NCBI RefSeq assembly: GCF_047470865.1
Contig: NZ_JAZDRH010000008.1
Location: 37,165-101,164, forward strand
Direction of reading: 5' to 3'
Origin: Pseudomonas sp. F1_0610
GTDB taxonomy: Bacteria > Pseudomonadota > Gammaproteobacteria > Pseudomonadales > Pseudomonadaceae
Length of the DNA: 64,000 nt
Shown: positions 1 to 10,202 of the stretch, in pieces
How the letters are laid out: the number at the start of each line of letters is the position of its first letter
Numbering within the stretch: position 1 is the stretch's first letter
Translations under genes and position numbers: made by a program
Notes under the pieces: model-generated
Told to the model about the DNA's origin: nothing
The model's input: only the letters and a program-made list of their open reading frames with translations
Databases searched by the model: none

Positions 1-1281
1 CACTTTATTGTCTTTTAACGTGACAAGTTTTTCCTCGCTTAAAATAGCAGTAAAAACATCAAACATTGCCAATTGCGCTTCAGCACTTTCACCTGTTTCT
101 TTTTCTGCAAAAGCTAAAAGATCAGCTAGCATATCACGTGAAAACTCCATTTTATAGCTAGCATGAGGTACTAACCCCATGACAATACCAACGATGGAGC
201 TCTCTACCTTAGCCAAGTCAATCATAGAAAACTGTACTGATAAGCTTGAATTTATTTCGCCTGAGTTATTTTTCCAGTGAAAATTATCAAGGCTAAACTC
301 AGGTTTTGGTGTCAACAACTCGCCCACTATATTCATCGCGGCTGCATTATCCGCAGATCTCATGTAAAGGCGTTGTAACTTATCGACAGCTGCTCGATTA
401 AAGCGAGAAATTCTAATACCAGCTTTCATTGAACCCACGTCATATTCTTTAAACTTTACGTGTTCAATATTGTAGTTAGCTACTATGTTAGATATGCCAT
501 CAATAACTTTTTCAGTGCTGTCCACTGTTAGATTGGTTAAAACAGCGGTGTTGTCTAGCTGTATTTTATCAATTTGAAAATCAGTAACATTATGTCCGTT
601 GGGTAATCCATAACCAACGGCAGCTGTGGTTAACTTAATATTCTCAATTGTCATATTAACCTTGGTTTCATCATCACCTTTTACTTCGTTCATGACAAAA
701 CTAGGCAATGCACCATCAATATTAAAGTCACGTGCTAATAAATCATAATTAATCGTGAAATGTGCTGGGCTTAACTTTACACTACTGAAGTTTTCTTCAA
801 CGTCAATTGGCGAAAAATTAATTTCTGTACGGCCTTTGGTATTAAAACCAATATAAGTAACTGTATTAACTGGGATATTTCCTTGCTTGGCCACAAGATC
901 AAACCATTCTTTAATACTTTCATTTTCAACTAACTGACCTTGCGCACGCGCCAGTACAGGCATTAGTTCTCCACGCATTACACCTTCAAAAGGTAACGGG
1001 CCATGCTCAATATGCTCTTTATATTCAAAGGAGCTTTTATCATTACCATTGCCTACACCGATCTCAAAGACAGCATCAGATGAAAAAAAACCGCGGTTGT
1101 ATTCTTTAATTTCAACAGAAAATTGAATTTCTGGCGTAATGCTGGCGAAGCTAGCCAGCTGTTGGTTAACCTCACCTATTGTTTGCCGGTATGCTTCTTC
1201 TGTTTTTTCACCTAAAAACCATGTAGTACCTAAATAACCTGCAGCAACCACAGCTAACGCGACAATTGATTTCTTGCCCAT
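1..1281 (-). CDS. DUF945/YdgA-like membrane-anchored protein, partial (C-terminus beyond window edge); paralog of the next gene
   Basis: Reverse-complement translation from the ATG at 1279-1281 reads MGKKSIVALAVVAAGYLGTTWFLGEKTEEAYRQTIGEVNQQLAS, which parallels the N-terminus of the 1533..2873 protein. The ORF is open to position 1. Confidence 0.7.
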   Translation of the reverse strand, partial: MGKKSIVALAVVAAGYLGTTWFLGEKTEEAYRQTIGEVNQQLASFASITPEIQFSVEIKEYNRGFFSSDAVFEIGVGNGNDKSSFEYKEHIEHGPLPFEGVMRGELMPVLARAQGQLVENESIKEWFDLVAKQGNIPVNTVTYIGFNTKGRTEINFSPIDVEENFSSVKLSPAHFTINYDLLARDFNIDGALPSFVMNEVKGDDETKVNMTIENIKLTTAAVGYGLPNGHNVTDFQIDKIQLDNTAVLTNLTVDSTEKVIDGISNIVANYNIEHVKFKEYDVGSMKAGIRISRFNRAAVDKLQRLYMRSADNAAAMNIVGELLTPKPEFSLDNFHWKNNSGEINSSLSVQFSMIDLAKVESSIVGIVMGLVPHASYKMEFSRDMLADLLAFAEKETGESAEAQLAMFDVFTAILSEEKLVTLKDNKV

Positions 1282-1483
1282 GTACGCCTCAATATGTAAC
1301 AATTTTTAAAGTACTTAGTATAAACGCTAAGCTGACAAATACTATGCTTTTTAAGCTGCCATACAGCGCGTGATTAATCCACTTAAGAGTAGCTAGCACA
1401 TTAGCTATGCTAATTAATTTTGGAGTTGTCCTAGATAAGCTTTTTATCTATGTAGATTGAACCTTTACATTGCTTTGAGGCAT

Positions 1484-1513
1484 AAAAAAGCCAGCAACTG
1501 AATGCCGGCTTTA
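1484..1513 (-). terminator. Rho-independent terminator for the 1533..2873 gene
   Basis: Hairpin GCCAGC-aactgaat-GCCGGC. On the minus strand it is followed by TTTTTT. Confidence 0.5.
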
Positions 1514-1532
1514 TACTTCTTATCCTAACCGC

Positions 1533-2873
1533 CTAACGCAGCTTGGTATAAAGACTAATAATAAAATCTTCAAAACCCATAGTCTCTTTATTGTAGGTGA
1601 CTTGCTCGTTATCGAGCGCAAAATCCACTGAGACTGTTTTGCCATCCCAAACGACTAGCTCATCTTCTTGTAGTTTTGCAACGTAGTCATCAAAAAAGCT
1701 CATATCTACGACAGCGCTGTATTGATGAAATTCATTCTGTTTTTTGAGCAGATCTTCTACCAAGTCTCGAGATAAGCTCAGCTTCAAGTGCGCCTTGGGC
1801 GTAAATTTACCCAGTAGTGTAATCAAGTCGCCTTTGGCTTTTTTATCCAGTATGAAGTTGGCATCGGCTTCTAGTACAAAGCGTCCTGAGCTACTTTCCC
1901 ATACATTAGGCCCTACACTAAAGCTTGGTTTGGGCACCAAGAATGCGGCTACATCACGCTGTTCGGCTTGGTCGGTAGCTATTTTAGTTAAAGCCGTAAT
2001 ATTTAAGTTATCCGCTTTAAGTGAGCTATACGAAGTACCTAAATCAGCTTCACCTAAAAGAATTTTTTCAATCTTGTGCGATGCCTTAAAGGATGATAAT
2101 CCTTCTTTAACTTGTTCGCTGGCGTTAAATTCAAAGTTATTTAGCATTAGCTTTTTATCAACAGCTAATTGATCAAACTTGATAGCTAAGGTAGTTTTTG
2201 GTGTTTCTCCACCATAGCCTGTTATCTGTAATTGCCAAGCCATATTTTTAATGTCAGTTTCATACTGACGCGCCATTTTTTTGGCTAAATGTAATTGCGC
2301 AATATACCCTTTAATTTCAAGATTATGCGCCAGCAAGTCGTAGTTTAACTCGATGTCAATTGGAGTTAGTTCTGCTAACTCATTTAGCATTAACACTTTA
2401 ATTTGACTTTTACCTCTAGCATTAAAACCTATGCGTGTCACACTTGTTAAGGGTAAGCCACCTTTAGCCTCTATTTCTTCAAACCATTGTTGACTCACTT
2501 GTGATTCAGCCAATACACCTTGAGCTCTAGCTAAAACGGGCATCAACTCACCACGAATTAAACCTGAAACAGGTAATGGGCCGTGACTAATATGCTCTTT
2601 ATATTCAAATCCAGGGGCTTCACTGCCTTGTGTTGTAATATTCACTTTTAGTAAAGCATCGGATGAAAAGAAATGACGTGTATAACTATCTAAAACAATA
2701 GTCACCTTGGTGCCTTCAGGTAAAGCTAAGCCCGCTAATTGCTCATTCATTTGTTCAATGGTTTTGCCATACGTCTCTTCTGTTTTTACACCGAAAAACC
2801 ACGTTGCACCTATATAACTCATAGCTACCAAACCTAATGCAACAATAATTTTTTTGCTCATCCTTTGCTCCAC
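1533..2873 (-). CDS. DUF945 (YdgA-like) family protein, N-terminal TM anchor
   Basis: 446 aa ORF with an N-terminal hydrophobic segment. Overall similarity to enterobacterial YdgA/DUF945 proteins. Sits in tandem with a paralog upstream. Confidence 0.75.
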   Translation of the reverse strand: MEQRMSKKIIVALGLVAMSYIGATWFFGVKTEETYGKTIEQMNEQLAGLALPEGTKVTIVLDSYTRHFFSSDALLKVNITTQGSEAPGFEYKEHISHGPLPVSGLIRGELMPVLARAQGVLAESQVSQQWFEEIEAKGGLPLTSVTRIGFNARGKSQIKVLMLNELAELTPIDIELNYDLLAHNLEIKGYIAQLHLAKKMARQYETDIKNMAWQLQITGYGGETPKTTLAIKFDQLAVDKKLMLNNFEFNASEQVKEGLSSFKASHKIEKILLGEADLGTSYSSLKADNLNITALTKIATDQAEQRDVAAFLVPKPSFSVGPNVWESSSGRFVLEADANFILDKKAKGDLITLLGKFTPKAHLKLSLSRDLVEDLLKKQNEFHQYSAVVDMSFFDDYVAKLQEDELVVWDGKTVSVDFALDNEQVTYNKETMGFEDFIISLYTKLR

Positions 2874-3056
2874 ATGTTAAAACTAGTCAGCATAACTACT
2901 GATATTAAATAGCTGTTTAAAGGCATTCTTTATAAAAATTGCTTATATTTACTCACGAAAAGCAGCTAGTCGATCACCTAATTTAGCGTACAATACTGTG
3001 AACGATTGTGAAACAATCGATATTTAACTCTTAATTACCTTCCACTACTTATTACT

Positions 3057-4967
3057 ATGTCATTTTTAAAGCGCTTCGTGCTGTTATTTGTAGGTACCTG
3101 CCTTTTGGCCGGCTGTGCTGGTGTAAAAGTAGGCTCTGTTAGTAATAAAGACTACATTTCAAGCCGTCGAGGCGATGTCTTAACCACTAACCAGCTTAGT
3201 GGGGCCACTATTAATGCCCTAAGAATTATTGATGTAACAACTGATGTCTGTTTAAAAAACATCCTTGATTGCCAAGCTAAGATTTTAAGTAGTGCTGGTT
3301 TAGCCAATGAACAGCGTCTGTCCTCACTTTCTGAGATTTGGCTAAATCTGGCGCTGAAAAACAATACGAACGCCTCTTTAAGCCATGCTGCTCAAGTTGA
3401 TGCTTACATTGAAAGCGCTCGTTTTGCCTATGCTTATTTATTTATGACCCAGCGTGATACACGGGATAGAGCCTTAGAAGATCGCCAAACACAGGTGCGC
3501 GATTACTATAACTTTGCCTCACAACAAGCCTCCACTGGCCTATTTAAGTACTACTACAAGCAAATTGATAAAGACTTTGGCAGCCGTCAAGAATTTGCCT
3601 TAGACTCTGGTCGTTGGTCAATTATTGGGCGTTTAAATTACAGTCTACCTGAGGGGCAAGAGCTGCCTAGTGAGCTGATCCCTGCTGGCTCACTGACGTT
3701 TCAAGGTTTACGCAATCAATATCGGCGTGATGGCGTAGGCGCCGAGCTGGTGGCTGTAACAGCTAAGAAGGTAGTTTCTAATCAAAATGCAGATATACCT
3801 TATAGTGAAACCCCTTTTCCAGCAGTGACTACGGTATTGCGTTTTACTGGTGAATCCTTAGCTGAAGTGTTAAACACCCACGAGGTTATCTTAGAAGTAT
3901 TTGACCCATACCAAACCTCGCATATTGTTTTGGCTGGCAAAAGTGTACCTCTTGCGGCTAACTTTACCTCAGGTTACGGTTTATGGCTGGCTCGTTCTGG
4001 CTTCTCTAGCCAAGCATTATTGACGCTCATTGGCCGTGGCGAAGCATTAGAAAGCCCAAGGGTTTACTTAATGCAGCCCTATGATCCTAATCGTAAGGTG
4101 TTAATTATGCTGCACGGTTTGGCCAGCAGCCCAGAAGCCTGGATTAACGTTGCCAATGAGATCTTAGGTGATGAGCAACTTCGTCAACGCTACCAGATTT
4201 GGCAGGTGTATTATCCAACCAATATGCCTATTCCAATTAACAATTTGGAAGTGCATCAAGCCATAACAGCTACTTTTAAACACTTTGACCCACAAGGCAC
4301 AGCTCCTGCATCACAAGATATAGTGCTGCTAGGCCATAGCATGGGCGGTATTTTAGCGCGCTTGCTATCTTCATCTTCTGGCGATGGTGTATGGAATGCA
4401 TTACTAGAACAGTACCCTAAACGCGCCAAAAAAATAGAAAAAGAGCGAGCTAAAATAGAGCCTTATCTGTACTTTGAGCCTTTAACAGGTGTTACTCGTT
4501 CTATTTTTGTAGCGGCGCCGCATCAAGGCACGCCTTTTGCAGAAAATCGTATGGCGCGTTGGGCTTCCAATATTATTAAATTACCTGTTTCAGTAATGGG
4601 GCGCCTTAAAGAGATAGGGCAGATTTTAGTATCACCGACCTCAACCAGTACTGAACCATTGAACCGTTCTTTCAATAGTATTGATAATTTAAGCAATCAA
4701 GACTTTTTTATCCGTGTGTCTAGCCAAATTAGCATTTCACCTAAAGTGACTTATCATTCTATTATTGGCAACTACACACCAAAAGTTCCTTTAGAAGAGA
4801 GTAGTGATGGCGTTGTACCTTACCAAAGTTCACATTTGCCAGGTGCTGCTTCAGAAGTGGTGATTCCGTCATGGCACAGTGTGCAAGAAACGCCGCAGGC
4901 CATTATTGAGATTCGACGTATTCTGCATGAACACCTACTCCAACTTACTCCTCCTAGCAACCCTTAA
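3057..4967 (+). CDS. lipoprotein with C-terminal alpha/beta-hydrolase (esterase/lipase-like, PGAP1-like) domain
   Basis: Signal peptide plus lipobox (LLAGCAG). HG oxyanion segment (LIMLHGLASS) and nucleophile elbow GHSMGG in the C-terminal half. Confidence 0.8.
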   Translation: MSFLKRFVLLFVGTCLLAGCAGVKVGSVSNKDYISSRRGDVLTTNQLSGATINALRIIDVTTDVCLKNILDCQAKILSSAGLANEQRLSSLSEIWLNLALKNNTNASLSHAAQVDAYIESARFAYAYLFMTQRDTRDRALEDRQTQVRDYYNFASQQASTGLFKYYYKQIDKDFGSRQEFALDSGRWSIIGRLNYSLPEGQELPSELIPAGSLTFQGLRNQYRRDGVGAELVAVTAKKVVSNQNADIPYSETPFPAVTTVLRFTGESLAEVLNTHEVILEVFDPYQTSHIVLAGKSVPLAANFTSGYGLWLARSGFSSQALLTLIGRGEALESPRVYLMQPYDPNRKVLIMLHGLASSPEAWINVANEILGDEQLRQRYQIWQVYYPTNMPIPINNLEVHQAITATFKHFDPQGTAPASQDIVLLGHSMGGILARLLSSSSGDGVWNALLEQYPKRAKKIEKERAKIEPYLYFEPLTGVTRSIFVAAPHQGTPFAENRMARWASNIIKLPVSVMGRLKEIGQILVSPTSTSTEPLNRSFNSIDNLSNQDFFIRVSSQISISPKVTYHSIIGNYTPKVPLEESSDGVVPYQSSHLPGAASEVVIPSWHSVQETPQAIIEIRRILHEHLLQLTPPSNP

Positions 4968-4969
4968 AT

Positions 4970-5977
4970 ATGAACATCATGGCTTTGATACTTCGCATTT
5001 TGCTGTCACTCACCCTCCTAGTAATGAGTATATGGGGCGCTTTAGCCTTGCATTATCAAGAACCTTTGGAGCCTATTTGGACGCGTGCGTTAATTGCACT
5101 ATGGTCAATTCTTAGCCTGCTGTCTTTATTTAGTTTGTGGCGTAAACGTTATCTGATTAACTTCGGCTATTTCTTACTGATGTTCTGTATGTTGTTGCTC
5201 TGGTGGAGCAGTATTAAACCAACACACGAAAAAGATTGGGCTGACGACGTGATGCACATGGCCTCGGGGGAAGTTAAAGGCAATCTAGTTACTGTGCATA
5301 ACGTGCGCAACTTTAAATGGCGTGCGGAAGATGCCTATATTCCCAAATGGGAAACACGCACCTATGACCTTACTAAAATTCAATCTATTGACCTCTTTAC
5401 CTCACACTGGGGAATCGAGGCCATTGCCCATGTTTTGGTAACCTTTGGTTTTAGTGATGGGCAGTTCATTACCTTTACCGTTGAAATTCGCAAAACCAAA
5501 GGGCAATCTTTTGATTCGCTTGCTGGATTTTTCAAAGCTTACGAACTTAGCATTATTGCCACGGATGAGCGTGATGCGGTTGGTGTACGCCCTAATGTGC
5601 GTGGCGAAGATACCTATTTGTATCGCCTCAATATGCCAAAAGAAACCATGCGCCAACTATTTACGGCTTATATTAAGAAAGCCAATGATTTGGTCGAACA
5701 ACCACAGTTCTATCATACCATCACAGCCAACTGCACAACGATAGTGTTTGACATGATGGAGCATATCTCTGGAAAAATGCCTTTTGACTATCGTGTGTTG
5801 GCGACAGGTTACTTACCTGAGTATGTGCAAGACCTTAACGGTTTTTACGCAAAAGACGTACCATTAGAAGAATTAACACAAAAAGGCTTAATTAATACGC
5901 GTTCTAAAGCCGCTATGAATTTAAATACTTATTCACAGGACATTCGCCGAGATGTACCTGGCTGGCAAACGCCTTAA
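4970..5977 (+). CDS. DUF4105-like membrane protein (N-terminal TM helices; conserved NCTT motif)
   Basis: Three N-terminal TM segments. C-terminal domain ends ...YHTITANCTTIVFD, matching the NCTT signature I recall for DUF4105. Start is 3 nt after the upstream hydrolase stop. Confidence 0.6.
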   Translation: MNIMALILRILLSLTLLVMSIWGALALHYQEPLEPIWTRALIALWSILSLLSLFSLWRKRYLINFGYFLLMFCMLLLWWSSIKPTHEKDWADDVMHMASGEVKGNLVTVHNVRNFKWRAEDAYIPKWETRTYDLTKIQSIDLFTSHWGIEAIAHVLVTFGFSDGQFITFTVEIRKTKGQSFDSLAGFFKAYELSIIATDERDAVGVRPNVRGEDTYLYRLNMPKETMRQLFTAYIKKANDLVEQPQFYHTITANCTTIVFDMMEHISGKMPFDYRVLATGYLPEYVQDLNGFYAKDVPLEELTQKGLINTRSKAAMNLNTYSQDIRRDVPGWQTP

Positions 5978-5983
5978 TCAAAA

Positions 5984-6011
5984 AAGCCCAGTTCATAGAG
6001 CTGGGCTTTTT
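5984..6011. terminator. bidirectional Rho-independent terminator
   Basis: AAAAAGCCCAG-ttcatagag-CTGGGCTTTTTAT: a GC stem flanked by an A-run and a T-run, between convergent genes. Confidence 0.65.
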
Positions 6012-6022
6012 ATACAAACACC

Positions 6023-6418
6023 TTAGAAGTTATATTTAATCTTCCACTGCCCATTATCTTTAATCAACATCCCTTTTTCGGTATGGGTTTTATTATTTTT
6101 ATAGATTATAAGCAAAGTAACATCGGCGCTCAGTTTATCTTCACTGTATTCAATACTGCTGAGCTTCATTGACTTAATACCACCATTTTTACTATTTTCA
6201 TACTCAATATTTTCTGAAAAAGCCCTTTCAACATTTTGCAGTACCTCTTCTGAAGTACCTTCAGGAAAGTAAATTAATCCGAGCACATCCTTGGTATTAT
6301 TGTTGATCACTCTAGCTTCTAAATCGCTAAATAGTTGTTCTGGCGTATCTTGATTCCCACCACAACCTGTTAATACAAAAATAGCCACTAACGCACTTAC
6401 AAACAGTTTTAATTTCAT
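6023..6418 (-). CDS. small lipoprotein (DUF4878-like), paralog 1
   Basis: Lipobox LTGCGG. 131 aa. C-terminus GQWKIKYNF resembles the other two small proteins flanking ycaO. Confidence 0.65.
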   Translation of the reverse strand: MKLKLFVSALVAIFVLTGCGGNQDTPEQLFSDLEARVINNNTKDVLGLIYFPEGTSEEVLQNVERAFSENIEYENSKNGGIKSMKLSSIEYSEDKLSADVTLLIIYKNNKTHTEKGMLIKDNGQWKIKYNF

Positions 6419-6453
6419 CTTTACTTCTCGTTCAAAAGTTAAACAACGGTTAG

Positions 6454-6888
6454 TTATTCAATCTTTATTTTCCAATTATTTTGACTTTTTTGCAGTAGCC
6501 ATTGTTCCTTAATTTTTTTATCGTGGGCATAAATAAAGATCACTTGAGCAATAGCCTGAGTATTGTCGGCTGCATACTGAATATCAGCTAACTCAATAGA
6601 AGCTAACGGCCCATGTTCAGCCAATAGCTGGTTGAATTTTAACTGTAGCCCTTGGCTAATTAAGCCAATTAACTCTTGGGGTACATCTTTATCTGAAACA
6701 TAGAAAAGCAACGCAGCTTTTTGCGTATCCTGTGTCACAACGGCTTCTTGATAAGCCTGAACTAAAGCTTCAGGTGTTTCTGTTACAGGCTGTGAACATG
6801 CACTCAGCAACAGCATTAAAAACAAGCTAATAAAGATTTTGCTTTGAGTTAACACACAACTTCTCCCTTGTTTGCAGCCCGCTGACAT
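6454..6888 (-). CDS. small lipoprotein (DUF4878-like), paralog 2; exact start uncertain
   Basis: Lipobox LLSACSQ. C-terminus NNWKIKIE. The N-terminal extension before the hydrophobic region suggests the true start may be an internal or alternative codon. Confidence 0.6.
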   Translation of the reverse strand: MSAGCKQGRSCVLTQSKIFISLFLMLLLSACSQPVTETPEALVQAYQEAVVTQDTQKAALLFYVSDKDVPQELIGLISQGLQLKFNQLLAEHGPLASIELADIQYAADNTQAIAQVIFIYAHDKKIKEQWLLQKSQNNWKIKIE

Positions 6889-6928
6889 AACAGCCTATCA
6901 GCGAGCCTGACCACTTCAACAAAATAGT

Positions 6929-8680
6929 TTAAATAGCGTTAGATTTAGCGAGCTGCAACTTTTCGTAGGCGGCAAGTAACGCTGCGTGCATGGGTAAATT
7001 GCTAAAATCCTCATGGATAGCGAATAATCCATGGAAACGTTGCTCACCTTCTATATGATCAAGTGCAGTTTCTAATACATCTTCACCATACATTCTGGCA
7101 AAAGCAGGTAAGTACTGCTGATAATCACGCTCTTCATCCAAAGCTAAGTTTAAGAGCTGAATTAGGCAGCGATAATAATTGTGGCGCTGCGCACTAAAGA
7201 CTGATTCATTAAATGCCTGCGCCCATTCTGCCCATGACAAAGCAGTGTCAAGGTCACCACCGGCTAAAGCCAGCATGGATTTTAGCTCACCGATGCGTAA
7301 GCTACTCCACGCATTATCTGAACCAAACGCCAGCCCTAATAATTCACCGATAAGCACAGCATCATCAAAGCCTTCTGCATCTAGCTGCTCAATTAAAGCT
7401 AAATACTGCTCTTCATCCCACGCTGTAGTCGGCAAATTTAAGAGCGTTTCACGTAAATGCTGCCCCATATTATTGTTTGCTAGGGTGAGGTCTTCTGTCA
7501 GATAGATTTCTGACAGGCTAGGCACCAGAATACGGCAAGCATCTACGCCCAGATGGTTATAATCAGCAATATAGACTTCGGCATTATTAGCCGAAAAAAT
7601 CGCCATTAAGTTAGCAAACTCTTCTTGCGTTGAACCTTTAAAGCTCCAGTCAACAAATGGATAATCAGCTTCTTCTTTAAATAAATCCCAAGATACTAAA
7701 CCACTAGAATCCGTAAAGTGTGTTTCAAGGTTGGTGTAGTCGGCTACTTGCTCGTTATCAAAGGTAGGCTCAGGGAACACATCCAACTGTTTCAAGCTAC
7801 GCCCTTGCAGTAACTCAGTTACGCTACGCTCTAAAGCAACACCAAAGTCTGGGTGGGCACCAAAAGAAGCAAAGCAGCTGCCATTATTTGGGTTGAACAG
7901 CACAACACAAATAACTGGAAACTCGCCACCTAAAGAGGCATCGTAAGCAAAGATAGGGAAACCTTGGTTTTCTAATGCGGCTATTGACTCTTGTACCTGT
8001 GGATAACGCGCTAAAACAGCTTCTGGAATTTCAGGCAGGCTAATGCCTTCACATAAAATACGGTTTTTGACACTACGCTCAAAAATTTCAGACATAGCTT
8101 GCACATGAGCTTCCGTAGGATTATTTCCCGCCGACATGCCGTTTGACACATAAAGATTACCAATAATATTCATTGGAATATAAATCACTTGCTGATCACT
8201 TTGGCGCACAAAAGGCAGCGCACAAATACCCCGCTGAGCATTATTCGATTGAATATCTACTAGGTTACTGGCTGTTAGTTCATTTTCTGGATCATAGAAC
8301 TCACGTAGAGCCTCGTCTAAAATGCCTTCTGGCAAACTATCATCAGCAGGAATAGCAAACCACTTTTCTTGGGGATAGTGTACAAAATCCCCTTCTGCAA
8401 TTTTTTTGCCTAAATAATAATCTGCAAAGAAATAGTTACAGGAAAGACGCTCAAGATACTCACCCAGTGCTGACGCCAGTGCAGCCTTTTTGGTCGCACC
8501 TTTACCATTGGTAAAGCACAAAGAGCATTGCGTATCACGAATATGCACTGACCACACATTAGGCACAGGATTCAGCCATGAAGCTTCTTCAATAGTAAAG
8601 CCCAAGGCTGAGAGCTGAGATTGGAAACGGGCAATACTATCTTCTAGGGCGGCATCTTTGCCAGGGATAAACGTCTGCAT
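6929..8680 (-). CDS. ycaO: YcaO family protein (ribosomal protein S12 methylthiotransferase accessory factor)
   Basis: 583 aa. N-terminus MQTFIPGKDAALEDSIARFQSQLSALGFTIEEASWLNPVPNVWSVHIRD is nearly identical to E. coli YcaO as I recall it. Confidence 0.9.
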   Translation of the reverse strand: MQTFIPGKDAALEDSIARFQSQLSALGFTIEEASWLNPVPNVWSVHIRDTQCSLCFTNGKGATKKAALASALGEYLERLSCNYFFADYYLGKKIAEGDFVHYPQEKWFAIPADDSLPEGILDEALREFYDPENELTASNLVDIQSNNAQRGICALPFVRQSDQQVIYIPMNIIGNLYVSNGMSAGNNPTEAHVQAMSEIFERSVKNRILCEGISLPEIPEAVLARYPQVQESIAALENQGFPIFAYDASLGGEFPVICVVLFNPNNGSCFASFGAHPDFGVALERSVTELLQGRSLKQLDVFPEPTFDNEQVADYTNLETHFTDSSGLVSWDLFKEEADYPFVDWSFKGSTQEEFANLMAIFSANNAEVYIADYNHLGVDACRILVPSLSEIYLTEDLTLANNNMGQHLRETLLNLPTTAWDEEQYLALIEQLDAEGFDDAVLIGELLGLAFGSDNAWSSLRIGELKSMLALAGGDLDTALSWAEWAQAFNESVFSAQRHNYYRCLIQLLNLALDEERDYQQYLPAFARMYGEDVLETALDHIEGEQRFHGLFAIHEDFSNLPMHAALLAAYEKLQLAKSNAI

Positions 8681-8746
8681 GCGAAAGGCACTCTCAGCTA
8701 AAATAACAATAAGCTCAGAGTATATACGTAACCCTCGTGCGGTGGA

Positions 8747-9139
8747 TTAAATTTCCACTTTCCATTGCCCTTGAATATTAACTAAACGTAGTGAGTCGCT
8801 ATCACGTGTGCCGTCTGCAAACTCAAGTTGAATTTGCGCACGAGCGCGTTTGCCTTCTTCAATATAAGTAACTTGGCTAGTTTTAATACTGGTTAAGCCG
8901 CCTTTACTGGCAGATACGGCTTGGGCTTTTTGCACCATAACATCAACAATTTTGGCAATAGGCAGCGTTGTGAGTACGCCTGCTTCTGTGTTTTGCATAT
9001 AGACAAAACTTTCGGCAGTAGCGGTATCGCCAGCGGCGGCTGCACGGATAAAGCTTTCGGAGACAAACTCAGGTGAAGCAAGTACCTGTCCTGTTAGTAG
9101 GAGCAACACAAATACAAAGCACGATTTCAGACGCAGCAT
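8747..9139 (-). CDS. small secreted protein (DUF4878-like), paralog 3
   Basis: Cleavable signal peptide (VLA-SP). 130 aa. C-terminus GQWKVEI is shared with the two lipoproteins upstream of ycaO. Confidence 0.6.
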   Translation of the reverse strand: MLRLKSCFVFVLLLLTGQVLASPEFVSESFIRAAAAGDTATAESFVYMQNTEAGVLTTLPIAKIVDVMVQKAQAVSASKGGLTSIKTSQVTYIEEGKRARAQIQLEFADGTRDSDSLRLVNIQGQWKVEI

Positions 9140-9202
9140 AAGACTGTTCCCCTGACAGACTATTCACCTGAACTCTAGCATAAGGATTATATATAAAACT
9201 TG

Positions 9203-10129
9203 TCACAGTCTATCTTTCTGTAACGCAGAGTAAAGCATATCTAAAAAGGCGCGTGTTTTGGCTGGTAGTAATTTACGTCCAGGATAAACAGCCCATGCTG
9301 GACTACTGGGAAAACACCATTTAGGCAGAATACGTACTAGTTTACCTTGCAGTATGTCAGGCGTGACATAGTCTTCTGGCACCGCAATAATGCCTCGCCC
9401 TGCTTTGCCCAAACGCATAAGAATTTCTAGTGAATTAGCGGTTAGTTGCCCTGGCGGAACATGTTTCCAACGTTCTTCACCACAGCACAAGTCCCAAGCA
9501 GCTGGCTCGCCAGTGCGGGCTAGCAGCCGCACGGCCTGATGATGAAATAGCTCATCTGGCGTTTGTGGCTCACCATGCTCATAAATATAGCTAGGAGCTG
9601 CATACAAACCAAATGACACATCTAACAGATGCTTGGCTACTAACAGTGAATCATCAGGTAACGCGCCCATACGCACGGCGACGTCAAAGCCCTCACTGAG
9701 TAAATCAACCCGACGGGCCGAAAGATCTATTTCTAACAGCACCTTAGGGTGCATGGCGGTAAAGGCCGCTAACATGTCAACCAACATTAAATTGGCAAAA
9801 TCACTCGGCATAGACACGCGCAACCGACCGGAAGGCTGTGCTTGACGATGCAAACCTAAATCTTGGGCTGCTTGTAATTCATGCGCGATATGTTTGGCAT
9901 GTTCTAGTACTTGCTCTCCTAGCTCTGTTACCGATAGACGTCTGGTAGTGCGTAATAATAGCCGCTCCCCCATCTGCTCTTCTAGCAGACTGATACGACG
10001 AGAAACCGTCGATTTAGGCATTTTTAGCTGCTCACTGGCTTGTGTAAAGCTACTGGCTTCCACCACAGCGGCAAAAATAATAAGGTCATCCGCACTTAAT
10101 TGTTCCAAATTTGAAACATTGATACCCAT
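9203..10129 (-). CDS. LysR-family transcriptional regulator
   Basis: N-terminal HTH (LEQLSADDLIIFAAVVEASSFTQASEQLKMPKSTVSRRI) plus a LysR substrate-binding domain. Divergent from azoR. Confidence 0.85.
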   Translation of the reverse strand: MGINVSNLEQLSADDLIIFAAVVEASSFTQASEQLKMPKSTVSRRISLLEEQMGERLLLRTTRRLSVTELGEQVLEHAKHIAHELQAAQDLGLHRQAQPSGRLRVSMPSDFANLMLVDMLAAFTAMHPKVLLEIDLSARRVDLLSEGFDVAVRMGALPDDSLLVAKHLLDVSFGLYAAPSYIYEHGEPQTPDELFHHQAVRLLARTGEPAAWDLCCGEERWKHVPPGQLTANSLEILMRLGKAGRGIIAVPEDYVTPDILQGKLVRILPKWCFPSSPAWAVYPGRKLLPAKTRAFLDMLYSALQKDRL

Positions 10130-10202
10130 TTAGACCCTCTAATCAAGTGTTAAATCCAGATATAGAATAATCCCAAGTTTTACACAGAATCGAGATCATT
10201 GA

